Assembly: GCA_032249615.1 (NCBI GenBank)
Contig: JAVVHH010000001.1
Location: 1,122 to 65,121 of the forward strand
Length of the DNA stretch: 64,000 nt
Source: Acetobacteraceae bacterium
GTDB taxonomy: Bacteria; Pseudomonadota; Alphaproteobacteria; Acetobacterales; Acetobacteraceae
Reading direction: 5' to 3'
Shown: one piece after another, positions 18,167-26,045 of the stretch
Layout of the letters: every line of letters starts with the position of its first letter
How positions within the stretch are numbered: position 1 is the first letter of the stretch
Notes under the pieces: model-generated
Told to the model about the DNA's origin: nothing
Databases searched by the model: none
Seen by the model: the letters and a program-made list of their open reading frames with translations, nothing else
Translations under genes and position numbers: made by a program

Positions 18167-20107
18167 CTAGTTGATCATCGTGATGCCGCCCTTGAGGGTC
18201 AGCATCCCGTCGCCGTTCACCGTCGTCATGGGCGCCTTCACGTCCGTTTTTATGCTGCCCTCAATGGACACCTGGAGACCTTTCACCTCGATGCCACTCT
18301 GGCTGATCGTGATCGTGTTGCTGCCGACCTTCAGGGTGATCGACTGCAGCGCCTCCATCGAGATCGCCCCGCTGCTCACTTTGACGGTGAGGTCGCCAGC
18401 ATCGACGGTGAGCTTGTCTCCGCTGGCATTGATCGTCGTGGTGCGGCCGTTCTTGATCGTGTTGGTCTGTGAGTCGTCGACTTCGATCGTTTCTTTCTGC
18501 TTGACCGTGTGCGTGCGGTTGTTGTCGACCGTCAGCGTCTGGTCGTGCTTGACCTCGATCTTCTGGTCGTTCTCGACCTCGACCGTCATGTCCTTCTCGG
18601 CATGCGCGAAGAACAGCTCGGAGCCTTTGGTGTCGTCGAAGCTCAGCTCGGAGAAAGTCGACTTGTCGCCCGTCTTGGTCGAGCGGGTGCGCAGACCGCT
18701 CTTGTTCTGCTCATCCGGCACCGCGAACACCGGTTGCATGGTGCCGTTGTAGAGCCCGCCCAAGACGACCGGCCGGTCGGGATCGCCGTCCATGAAGCTG
18801 ACCGCGACCTCGGTACCGACACGCGGCAGGTGCTGCCAGCCCCAGGTGTTCCCCGCCCAAGGCTGCACCACCCGGGCCCACACGGCCTTGTCCGAGCTGG
18901 TGTCGCCGCGATGATCGAAGAACAGCATCACCTTGACGCGGCCCATGCTGTCGGCGTGGATCTCCTCGCCGTCCGCCCCGAGCACGATGGCGGCGTAGAC
19001 GCCCGCCATCACCGGACGGGGCGTGGTCATCGGCTCGCGCCAGGGGGTCGCCGCCGGCAGCGCGGATAACTCATTCGAGTAGGTGGCGACGCCCGCGTTA
19101 TTCACCCAACTATTGTCTTGTCCCTGATGCGTGATCCGGCGCACCACGTAATCCATGTCCTCGTCGCCGTTGAACGGATCGCGAAGGACCGTGAGTCGGG
19201 TGCCTGCGGATAAAAGGTTATTTTGACTCGCTCCGTCGCGTAACGACACCGCGGCCTCGGCAGCTTCCAACATATATTTCGCCTGCCGCGTGATTTCGGC
19301 GGAGACAAAGGACAGGGCGGGCCAGCGGAACACATCTCGCTTGGACGCACCGCTCGTTTCCAGGGTCGTCGCCTGCTGTTTGGTGAGGTCGGTGCCGGGC
19401 TTGGCCGGGTCGTAGTCCTTGAGCTGGAGTTGGCCGTAGGTGGTCGCGTGGGATTTGCGCCAGTCGGTCAATACGTCCGCGTTGCCACCCTCGTAGATCA
19501 CGGCCAGGGTCGGCTTCGGTTGAGTGGGAAAACCGCTGTTTTGGTCGGTCACCACCATCGTGTGATCGCTGTTGGTGTGTTCGAAATGGAAGTGATAGCC
19601 CTCGGCTTCCATCAACCGGCGCAGGAAATCGAGATCGGTTTCGTTGTACTGCGTCACATATTCCTTGGCCGTTGTACTGCCGTAGGTCTTGAGCGTCAGT
19701 GTTTGGCCGATTTCGGCGCAAATCGATTGGACGATGTTCGCAACTGGCAGGTTTTGAAAAATCCGGCAATCCATCGTCTGGGAGAGGAACCAGAAGCGGG
19801 GCACAATCTCGAGCGTGTAGGCCCAATGGTCGCGGATGGGCCGCCCGTTCCCGGAGAACGCCCGCACGAGACCATGAAAGTAACGATCGTCGAGATCCCC
19901 CCGCACGGTCAGACAAGCCGCGTTGTAGAGCACAGTGTCGGGATCGATGGAGGCTTCGGTCGAGACGGCTTCGACAACGACGGTGAATGGCTCGCCGATC
20001 GCCTCGTCAGCCCGGAACGCGACGGGGATGAGAACATCGTCTCCTAACGCCGTCGTGAGCGCGAGCAGGCGTTTGCCTCCCGCCGCTCCTCCTGATGCGC
20101 CCGACAT
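18167..20107 (-). CDS. vgrG: T6SS spike protein VgrG (TssI), no C-terminal effector extension
   Basis: About 646 aa: ...LLALTTALGDDVLIPVAFRADEAIGEPFTVVV... (gp27-like), then gp5-like beta-helix repeats (TLTVDNNRTHTVKQKETIEVDD...). The likely ATG at 20107 is preceded by AAGGAG; the track's first codon at 20110 is TTG. Confidence 0.93.
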   Translation of the reverse strand: MSGASGGAAGGKRLLALTTALGDDVLIPVAFRADEAIGEPFTVVVEAVSTEASIDPDTVLYNAACLTVRGDLDDRYFHGLVRAFSGNGRPIRDHWAYTLEIVPRFWFLSQTMDCRIFQNLPVANIVQSICAEIGQTLTLKTYGSTTAKEYVTQYNETDLDFLRRLMEAEGYHFHFEHTNSDHTMVVTDQNSGFPTQPKPTLAVIYEGGNADVLTDWRKSHATTYGQLQLKDYDPAKPGTDLTKQQATTLETSGASKRDVFRWPALSFVSAEITRQAKYMLEAAEAAVSLRDGASQNNLLSAGTRLTVLRDPFNGDEDMDYVVRRITHQGQDNSWVNNAGVATYSNELSALPAATPWREPMTTPRPVMAGVYAAIVLGADGEEIHADSMGRVKVMLFFDHRGDTSSDKAVWARVVQPWAGNTWGWQHLPRVGTEVAVSFMDGDPDRPVVLGGLYNGTMQPVFAVPDEQNKSGLRTRSTKTGDKSTFSELSFDDTKGSELFFAHAEKDMTVEVENDQKIEVKHDQTLTVDNNRTHTVKQKETIEVDDSQTNTIKNGRTTTINASGDKLTVDAGDLTVKVSSGAISMEALQSITLKVGSNTITISQSGIEVKGLQVSIEGSIKTDVKAPMTTVNGDGMLTLKGGITMIN

Positions 20108-20131
20108 CAATCACTCCTTCGCTTGCGCGCC

Positions 20132-20159
20132 ATACTACCTGGATATCAATGCGGAACAA
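20132..20159 (-). promoter_or_regulatory. Candidate sigma70-type promoter for vgrG (TTGTTC-16 nt-TAGTAT on the minus strand)
   Basis: Found in the 75-nt comparatively A/T-rich gap between the immunity candidate and vgrG. Hexamer match only. Confidence 0.25.
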
Positions 20160-20185
20160 CATCGCCCCGCAATCGTCTGCCGAAC

Positions 20186-20545
20186 TTAGCTCTCCGGGAC
20201 GCTGGCTGCCGCATACCAGTCGGCCAAGCTGGCAAATTCCGCATCCAGTTCCGAACCGGGCATCGCACCGTCGTGGACGATGATGACGGATCCTTTGGGC
20301 CGATGCGGGTCCCGCGTCACGACGCAGGCCACGTCGTCCCGGTCACCACGGCGTGCGAAAGGCAGGACGTCACGGCCCGGGAACTGCTCGGCCAGCGAAT
20401 CACGGTTGGCGACGGCGTTGCGCTCGGCCAGCATCCACCAGGGCCCGAACTCGCGTTCGATCGTCTCCAATTTTGCAGCGGTCTCGCTGGGCACATCGAC
20501 GCCGCGAAATTTCAGGGCGGGCACGAACCAGTCGAAGAAGCTCAC
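20186..20545 (-). CDS. Candidate immunity protein, SUKH (SMI1/KNR4)-like by motif resemblance
   Basis: 119 aa from GTG 20545, which overlaps the effector stop (TAGTG). The sequence reads MSFFDWFVPALKF...VLPFARRGDRDDVACVVTRDPHRPKGSVIIVHDGAMPGSELDAEFASLADWY. This resembles the SUKH C-terminal pattern (small acidic loop, C/V core, ...V..DH.., F.S..DW). The longer 173-aa track ORF overlaps the upstream gene and is Arg/Pro-rich there. Confidence 0.6.
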   Translation of the reverse strand: MSFFDWFVPALKFRGVDVPSETAAKLETIEREFGPWWMLAERNAVANRDSLAEQFPGRDVLPFARRGDRDDVACVVTRDPHRPKGSVIIVHDGAMPGSELDAEFASLADWYAAASVPES

Positions 20546-21843
20546 TATTTGGGTCCTGGAAGGGAGGGCGGGGTCAGTGTGCCGGTCGGCCCGAGCGGTG
20601 GGATCTGCCGGCTGGTCCGGTACGCGAGTGCCTCGCCCCAAGTCTGGCTCGGTCCGAAACGGGCGCTGTCGAGCATAGCCTGCGGCAACGGATCTCCCGG
20701 TTCCCAAATCCGGACAGGGATCGATGGTATGCCCTGTTCGCGCGCCACCGCAACGCGGGTGTTGTCGAGCGAGACCACTCCGTCAGGGATGCGCACGGCG
20801 TCGATCGGTGGGCCGTTCCAACCGTTCTCCGCCATCGAACGCCGAAGCGCGTCGGCGCGATTGTTGCCGCCCGCGCTGTTCTGGCTGAAGCGGACTTCCT
20901 TTGGATCGAGGTTTTCGACCGTCTGGCCAGGGCCGACGGCGCGGGCACTCGGAGCGCCACCGCCAGCACGCGATCGGCCTCCTCCTCCTCCAGTGCGGCT
21001 GGTCGTCTCTCCGGTGGACCTTGCCGATCCGGTGCCGCCGTAATCCGACGTTCTGCGGGCCGCGCGGGTGATGAAGATGGTCAAGAACGCCAAGCCCAGC
21101 ACCACGAAGGCGTCCGCCAGGTCTTTTGCCGCCGTGTCGAGATCGGCGTCGTTCTTGGCCGTCGTGGCGTCCGCCGCGGCAGCGGCCATTTGGTAGAGCG
21201 CCCGCACGCCGGCCAGTCCGGCGATGCCGTAAGCGATCCCGGCCAGGACCACGTCCGCAGCCTCGCCGTAGCCGAAGAATTGCGCCGCAGCCAGGCCGGC
21301 GAACGCGGCGACGGTGAGGCCGATCGAAGTGGGCGAGATGAGCTGGAGGAACGCTTCCTTCAGCGGCCCGGACAGATATTTCGGCACCAGCCGCAGCGCC
21401 GCTTCGACGCGCTCGGCATGCGACATGTCGCGCACCGCCTTGGCTTTCGCCGCCGCGACGGTCGGCCCCGGGGCGGCCGGCCCCGGCGCGGCCGCTGGCT
21501 TGAACCCGCTCGCGACCCGGATGTCCGGATCGATCGCGTGTGGGAAATACGCGACCGTGAGACGATGCGACGCAACCGCTGCATTCAGCAGATCGATCAT
21601 GTGCCGTTCCGACAGGCGCTCCGGCGCACCGGGCAGGCCGAGGCGGCGCCAGGCGCTGCGCAGGGTGGCGACGGCGCGCGGGTCGCGAAGCAGGGGCCGT
21701 AGCCGCTCGCCGGCATGCGCGCGGAAGGCGGTCGCTGCCGCGACCGACCCGAACGCGGCCGGCGGCGCCAGCACCAGCGTGCCGCCCGGCAACGGGATCG
21801 CGCACTCCGCCCGGGGCCGCGCGATGGCGATGCTAGTGGTCAA
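20545..21843 (-). CDS. Candidate T6SS effector: unknown N-domain, three TM helices, G/S/R-rich linker, and a C-terminal ParB/Srx-like (predicted nuclease) toxin domain
   Basis: 432 aa. The TM helices are ISPTSIGLTVAAFAGLAAAQFF, VVLAGIAYGIAGLAGVRALY and AFVVLGLAFLTIFIT. The linker reads GGTGSARSTGETTSRTGGGGGRSRAGGGAPS. The C-terminal domain reads LDPKEVRFSQNS...LRRSMAENGWNGPPIDAVRIPDGVVSLDNTRVAVAREQGIPSIPVRI, which are ParB-like motifs. Confidence 0.6.
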   Translation of the reverse strand: MTTSIAIARPRAECAIPLPGGTLVLAPPAAFGSVAAATAFRAHAGERLRPLLRDPRAVATLRSAWRRLGLPGAPERLSERHMIDLLNAAVASHRLTVAYFPHAIDPDIRVASGFKPAAAPGPAAPGPTVAAAKAKAVRDMSHAERVEAALRLVPKYLSGPLKEAFLQLISPTSIGLTVAAFAGLAAAQFFGYGEAADVVLAGIAYGIAGLAGVRALYQMAAAAADATTAKNDADLDTAAKDLADAFVVLGLAFLTIFITRAARRTSDYGGTGSARSTGETTSRTGGGGGRSRAGGGAPSARAVGPGQTVENLDPKEVRFSQNSAGGNNRADALRRSMAENGWNGPPIDAVRIPDGVVSLDNTRVAVAREQGIPSIPVRIWEPGDPLPQAMLDSARFGPSQTWGEALAYRTSRQIPPLGPTGTLTPPSLPGPK

Positions 21844-22567
21844 ACTGATCCATCCCGTACGTATGTATGACGTATTTCAGCGTGGTGCCGTATTGCGGGT
21901 CGGTCGCGTAGACGCCCGTCAGCGCGTCGGCGAAGGCGTCGGGGTCGGCGCGCTTGGCCATGGCGGGCTTGTAGGGTGCGGCCGTCGCCAGCAGCTTGCC
22001 GTGCTGGTCGAAGGCCTCGTTCAGCGACGCGAACTGACGGAACTTGGCCGAAATGGTGATCGACTGCCCGGCGACGACCTCTCGGGTCGCGCTCTCGACG
22101 CTCGGCTGATCGCCGACGGCCTTGATCCCGAACGGGTTGTTGCTGCCCGGCGGCATGGCGGCGCCCCACGCACTCTCCACCGCCCATTGTGCGACGGTTA
22201 CGGAAGCGGGCACGCCCCACTGCTTGAGCGATAGCTTGGCCGCCTCCTCGACCTCCGGCGGCACCTTGCCGAAATGGCCCACGAACGGTTTCTTCGGCTG
22301 CTCGATCAGGGGACGGGAGGCGAGCGAATAGTAGGTGGGGCTACCGGGCTCCACCAGCCCGGTGGGCGGCACCATGTTCATGACGACGGCCTGATAGGCC
22401 TCGATCGCCAGCGTGGTGCCCACGTCTTCCACGCCCGTCGCCGGCACCGGCGAATGGGGCTGCGGCAAGCGCTCGTCCAGCAACGATTGGATGATGAACA
22501 CATCGAGCGGCGAGTTCGCTCCGCCGCGTCCCACCGATTGGGTGATCGGCGGTGCGACCCGGCCCAT
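21833..22567 (-). CDS. Peptidoglycan-binding-like domain plus GH73 N-acetylglucosaminidase (FlgJ-type) protein
   Basis: GH73 motifs are VAQWAVESAWG (catalytic Glu context), SNNPFGIKA and YATDPQYGTTL. The N-terminal PG_binding_1-like pattern is VFIIQSLLD...TTLAIEAYQ...TGLVEPGSPTY. The start is uncertain: ATG 22567, a GTG around 22606 after GGAG, or ATG 22717. The track start at 22741 is TTG. Confidence 0.8.
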   Translation of the reverse strand: MGRVAPPITQSVGRGGANSPLDVFIIQSLLDERLPQPHSPVPATGVEDVGTTLAIEAYQAVVMNMVPPTGLVEPGSPTYYSLASRPLIEQPKKPFVGHFGKVPPEVEEAAKLSLKQWGVPASVTVAQWAVESAWGAAMPPGSNNPFGIKAVGDQPSVESATREVVAGQSITISAKFRQFASLNEAFDQHGKLLATAAPYKPAMAKRADPDAFADALTGVYATDPQYGTTLKYVIHTYGMDQFDH

Positions 22568-22740
22568 CACGTCGGTACTCAGAACGGTCGGGGACGGAAT
22601 CAAGGCCACAACGACAACTCCGGAACCGGGCCGTTCAGCGCACGCCCGCTTGCCAGGCGGTGCGTCAGGAACCCTTTCGCCTCCGTGTGAAAAGCGATAC
22701 CGCTGGTTAACGATCATCGCACGAAGGAGCGTGACCGACA

Positions 22741-25431
22741 ATGCGTGCCGGCAGAAACGCCCTCATGCTCAACCTTCTCATCAGCTTCGTCGGCGTTGCC
22801 CTCCTGGCGGTCTTGGTCTGGTTCCTCGGGCCGTTGGTGCCATGGCTGGATGGGGTCGTCGTGCGCGGGGCGATCTGCCTCGTTCTGCTCCTGGTCTGGG
22901 CCGGTTACGCGGTCTGGACGGTCGTGCGCTGGCGGAAGCAGGGCCGCGAGCTCGAGCGCGGCCTCGTCGCCGCGGCCGCCGCCGAAGAGGTCGGCGCCAT
23001 CCAGGAGCGGTTCGCCGCGGCGATCGCCACGCTGCGGCAAGCCGGCTCCCTCCATTCGCAGCCGTGGTATGTCATCATCGGCCCGCCCGGCGCGGGCAAG
23101 ACGACGGCGCTGCTCAACGCGGGCTTGAGTTTCCCGTTCGCCGGGAAGGCGGGCGGCGCCCACCTGGCCGGCGTCGGCGGGACCCGGGATTGCGACTGGT
23201 GGTTCACCGACGAGGCCGTGCTGATCGACACCGCCGGCCGCTACACGACCCAGGACAGCGACGGCGTCGCCGACAGCGCGGGGTGGGGCGCCTTTCTCGA
23301 CCTGCTGCGGCGCACCCGGCCGCGCCAGCCGCTGAACGGGATCATCGTCGCAATCCCGGCGGTCGAAATCGCCGGCGTTCCCCAAGCGCTGCGCAGCGCC
23401 CATGCCCGCGCGGTCCGCGAGCGCGTGGAGGAACTCAACGGCAAGCTCAAAACCGACCTGCCGGTCTATCTGCTATTTACCAAAGCCGACTTGCTCGCGG
23501 GCTTCACCGAGTTCTTCGACGATCTGGACGCGGAGAGGCGGGGCCAGGTCTGGGGCACCACCTTTCCGCTCAGCCGCCGGCCGCTGCCAGTGCCAGATAC
23601 CGGCAAGGCGCTGGAAGCCTTGGTCGCTCGGCTCGATGAGCGCGTGATCGACCGGCTGCAGGCCGAGCGCAGCCCAGAGCGCCGGCGGCTGATCGCCGGA
23701 TTTCCCACCCAGGTGGCAAGCTTGGTCCCGCTGCTCAGCAGCTTCGTGGAAGAGGCTTTCGGCGGCCACAAGCTGCGCCAGGCGCCGCTCCTGCGCGGCA
23801 TCTACCTGACCTCAGGCACCCAATCCGGCACGCCGGTCGATCGGCTGACCGCGGTGCTGGCGCGCTCCTTCGCGCTCGCGCCCGCCCGCCTGGCCAGCCT
23901 GCGCCCGGAGAAGGGGCGGAGCTACTTCCTGCATCGCCTGATGAGCGACGTGCTGCCGGGCGAGGCCATGTTGGTCTCCTCCCGCCCGGAAATCGTCCGC
24001 CGCCGCAGGCTACTGCGCGGCGCCGGCTACGCGGGCACCCTGCTGGCCACCGCAGCCGCCTGCGCCGCGATCTGGCATGTGCGCGCCGGCAATCTCCAGG
24101 CGCAAGCCGCCGTGGCGCAAGCGCTCTCCGCCCAGGCCGCCGAGGCAGCGCGCCTGCCGCTCGACCCGGTCGCCGACACCGACGCGTTGCGCCTGCTTCC
24201 GTTGCTGGATCAAGCGCAGGCGATGCCGTTACGGACGGCGGTGGAATCGCAGGGTAACCTGCTGGATCAGGACGCCACGCTGGGCGAGATCAGCCGCACC
24301 ACCTACCGCCTCGCCCTGCAACGCGACTTGCTGCCGCGATTGCTGCGGCGGCTCGAGGCGCAGCTCGCCGCGTCCTCCGACCGGCCGGAGGACGCCTACA
24401 ACGCGACCAGGGTTTATCTCATGCTGGGTGGCGCCGGGCCGCTCGATCCGGCGCTGGTGCGGAACTGGTTGCAGCAGGACTGGAACGAGCGCTGGGGCGG
24501 GGCGGCGCAGCAGCGGCAGCGCGATCAACTCGCCCAGCACCTCGACGCGCTCCTCGCGGCGCCGCTGCCTGCCGTCGAGTTGGACGGCGCGCTGGTGGAC
24601 CGCGCCCGTGCCGTGTTCAATCGCGTGTCGCCGGCCGCCCGCGTCTACAGCCGCATCCGCTCCTCCGCCGCCGGGCAAGCAGTTCCGCCCTGGCGCCCGC
24701 GCAGCGCGATGGGGCCGCTCGGCAGCGCCCTGTTCACGGTGAAATCCGGCCGCTCGCTCGACGACGGAGTGCCCGGCCTGTTCACGCCCGCCGGCTACTA
24801 CGACGCCTTCCTGCCCGCGATCGCGCCCACGATCCGCGCCGTCGCCGCCGAGAGTTGGGTGACCGGCAACCCGGTCAAGGCAGACGACGACTCCGCCCGC
24901 CTGGCCGCGATCGAGCAGGAGGTCGACGGGCTCTATCGGGCGGACTTCATCCGCACTTGGGACGGCTTCCTCGACGACCTGCAGTTCACGCCGTTCCGCA
25001 GCGTCGCCCAGGCCGCGCAGGACCTGTACGTGCTGACGTCGCCGCAATCGCCGATCAGGCAGATTCTGGGAAGCATCGCGCTTCAGGTGAGCCTGCCTCC
25101 GCCGCAGGGCGTGGCGGCCGCGCCCAAGCTGCCGGGTCAGCCGTCGCGTGCGTCCGGCCCCGCCGCCGCGATTGCCGCGCATTACCGGCCCCTGATCGAT
25201 CTGGTGGGGCAAGGCCCGGGCGCGCCGCTCGATCAAGCGCTCCGGTCGCTGACCGACCTCCAGCAGTGGTTGGCCAAGCTCGCGGCCGCAGCCATCAACG
25301 TCCCGGCGCCTTCGCCCGGCACCACCGACCCGGCCGCCGCCCTCAGTACAGAAGCGCAACGCTGGCCCGAACCGTTGCGTCGCTGGTTCATGACAATGGC
25401 CGACTCAGCGGCAGCGCTCAGGCCCAAGTAG
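22741..25431 (+). CDS. TssM (IcmF) paralogue lacking the C-terminal IcmF_C/TssJ-binding domain
   Basis: 896 aa, collinear by eye with residues 1 to about 895 of the tssM product at 9144-12653. Shared blocks include VLVWFLGPL, PWYVIIGPPGAGKTTAL, AVLIDTAGRYTTQDSD, VIDRLQAERSP.RR.LIAGFP and DLYVL.SPQSP. It ends at ...RRWFMTMADSAAALRPK, where the full-length protein continues for about 270 aa. An AAGGAG RBS lies 11 nt before the ATG. Confidence 0.9.
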   Translation: MRAGRNALMLNLLISFVGVALLAVLVWFLGPLVPWLDGVVVRGAICLVLLLVWAGYAVWTVVRWRKQGRELERGLVAAAAAEEVGAIQERFAAAIATLRQAGSLHSQPWYVIIGPPGAGKTTALLNAGLSFPFAGKAGGAHLAGVGGTRDCDWWFTDEAVLIDTAGRYTTQDSDGVADSAGWGAFLDLLRRTRPRQPLNGIIVAIPAVEIAGVPQALRSAHARAVRERVEELNGKLKTDLPVYLLFTKADLLAGFTEFFDDLDAERRGQVWGTTFPLSRRPLPVPDTGKALEALVARLDERVIDRLQAERSPERRRLIAGFPTQVASLVPLLSSFVEEAFGGHKLRQAPLLRGIYLTSGTQSGTPVDRLTAVLARSFALAPARLASLRPEKGRSYFLHRLMSDVLPGEAMLVSSRPEIVRRRRLLRGAGYAGTLLATAAACAAIWHVRAGNLQAQAAVAQALSAQAAEAARLPLDPVADTDALRLLPLLDQAQAMPLRTAVESQGNLLDQDATLGEISRTTYRLALQRDLLPRLLRRLEAQLAASSDRPEDAYNATRVYLMLGGAGPLDPALVRNWLQQDWNERWGGAAQQRQRDQLAQHLDALLAAPLPAVELDGALVDRARAVFNRVSPAARVYSRIRSSAAGQAVPPWRPRSAMGPLGSALFTVKSGRSLDDGVPGLFTPAGYYDAFLPAIAPTIRAVAAESWVTGNPVKADDDSARLAAIEQEVDGLYRADFIRTWDGFLDDLQFTPFRSVAQAAQDLYVLTSPQSPIRQILGSIALQVSLPPPQGVAAAPKLPGQPSRASGPAAAIAAHYRPLIDLVGQGPGAPLDQALRSLTDLQQWLAKLAAAAINVPAPSPGTTDPAAALSTEAQRWPEPLRRWFMTMADSAAALRPK

Positions 25432-25449
25432 AGGGCAGTACGCGGTCCC

Positions 25450-25470
25450 TTGACGCCAGAATCATGTCAA
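25450..25470. promoter_or_regulatory. Inverted repeat TTGAC-N11-GTCAA immediately upstream of the tssB promoter (candidate operator)
   Basis: cccTTGACgccagaatcatGTCAAgatggcaTTGACC; the third TTGAC copy is the -35 element. Confidence 0.3.
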
Positions 25471-25477
25471 GATGGCA

Positions 25478-25505
25478 TTGACCTCTTGGGGCCGGCAACT
25501 ATAGT
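25478..25505 (+). promoter_or_regulatory. Candidate sigma70-type promoter of the tssB operon (TTGACC-16 nt-TATAGT)
   Basis: -35 at 25478-25483 and -10 at 25500-25505, 30 nt upstream of the tssB ATG at 25535. Confidence 0.45.
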
Positions 25506-25534
25506 CGCGGCCATCATCCAATGGGGACTGGCAG

Positions 25535-26041
25535 ATGAGCGCAAGCATTCACGACAAGCTGAATCGCGTCCGCAAGCCGCGAGTTCACATCACTTATGAA
25601 GTCGAAACGGGCGATGCGCAGATCAAGCGGGAGCTTCCGTTCGTCATGGGCGTGATGGGCGATTTCTCGGGTGATCCGACGACGCCGCTGCGCCCGCTCG
25701 CCGACCGTAAGTTCATCCAGATCGACCGCGACAATTTCGACGACGTCATGTCGCGGGTCGGGCCCGGTCTCAAATTGAAGGTCGACAACACGCTGGCCGG
25801 CGACGGCAGCCAAATGGCGGTCGACCTCAAGTTCAACAGCATCGAGGATTTCGAGCCTGGCCGGGTCGTGCAGCAAGTGCCAGCGCTGAAGGCTTTGATG
25901 GACACGCGCAACAAGCTGCGTGACCTCATGAGCAAGGTCGACCGTTCCGAGGAGCTCGAAGGACTGCTGGAACAAGTTCTCCAGAACGAGAACGAGCTGA
26001 AGTCGCTATCCGGCCAACTCGGCCTCGGCAAGGAAGGATAA
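25535..26041 (+). CDS. tssB: T6SS contractile sheath small subunit TssB (VipA/ImpB)
   Basis: 168 aa; ...[31 protein letters not shown] is the canonical TssB sequence. Confidence 0.95.
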   Translation: MSASIHDKLNRVRKPRVHITYEVETGDAQIKRELPFVMGVMGDFSGDPTTPLRPLADRKFIQIDRDNFDDVMSRVGPGLKLKVDNTLAGDGSQMAVDLKFNSIEDFEPGRVVQQVPALKALMDTRNKLRDLMSKVDRSEELEGLLEQVLQNENELKSLSGQLGLGKEG

Positions 26042-26045
26042 GCCC

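Noticed and set aside
25471-25490. Possible sigma54 (-24/-12) promoter TGGCAT-N5-TCTTG upstream of tssB.
   Set aside because: The -12 element lacks the conserved GC (TTGC), and no bEBP gene is seen in the locus. The sigma70-type reading fits better.
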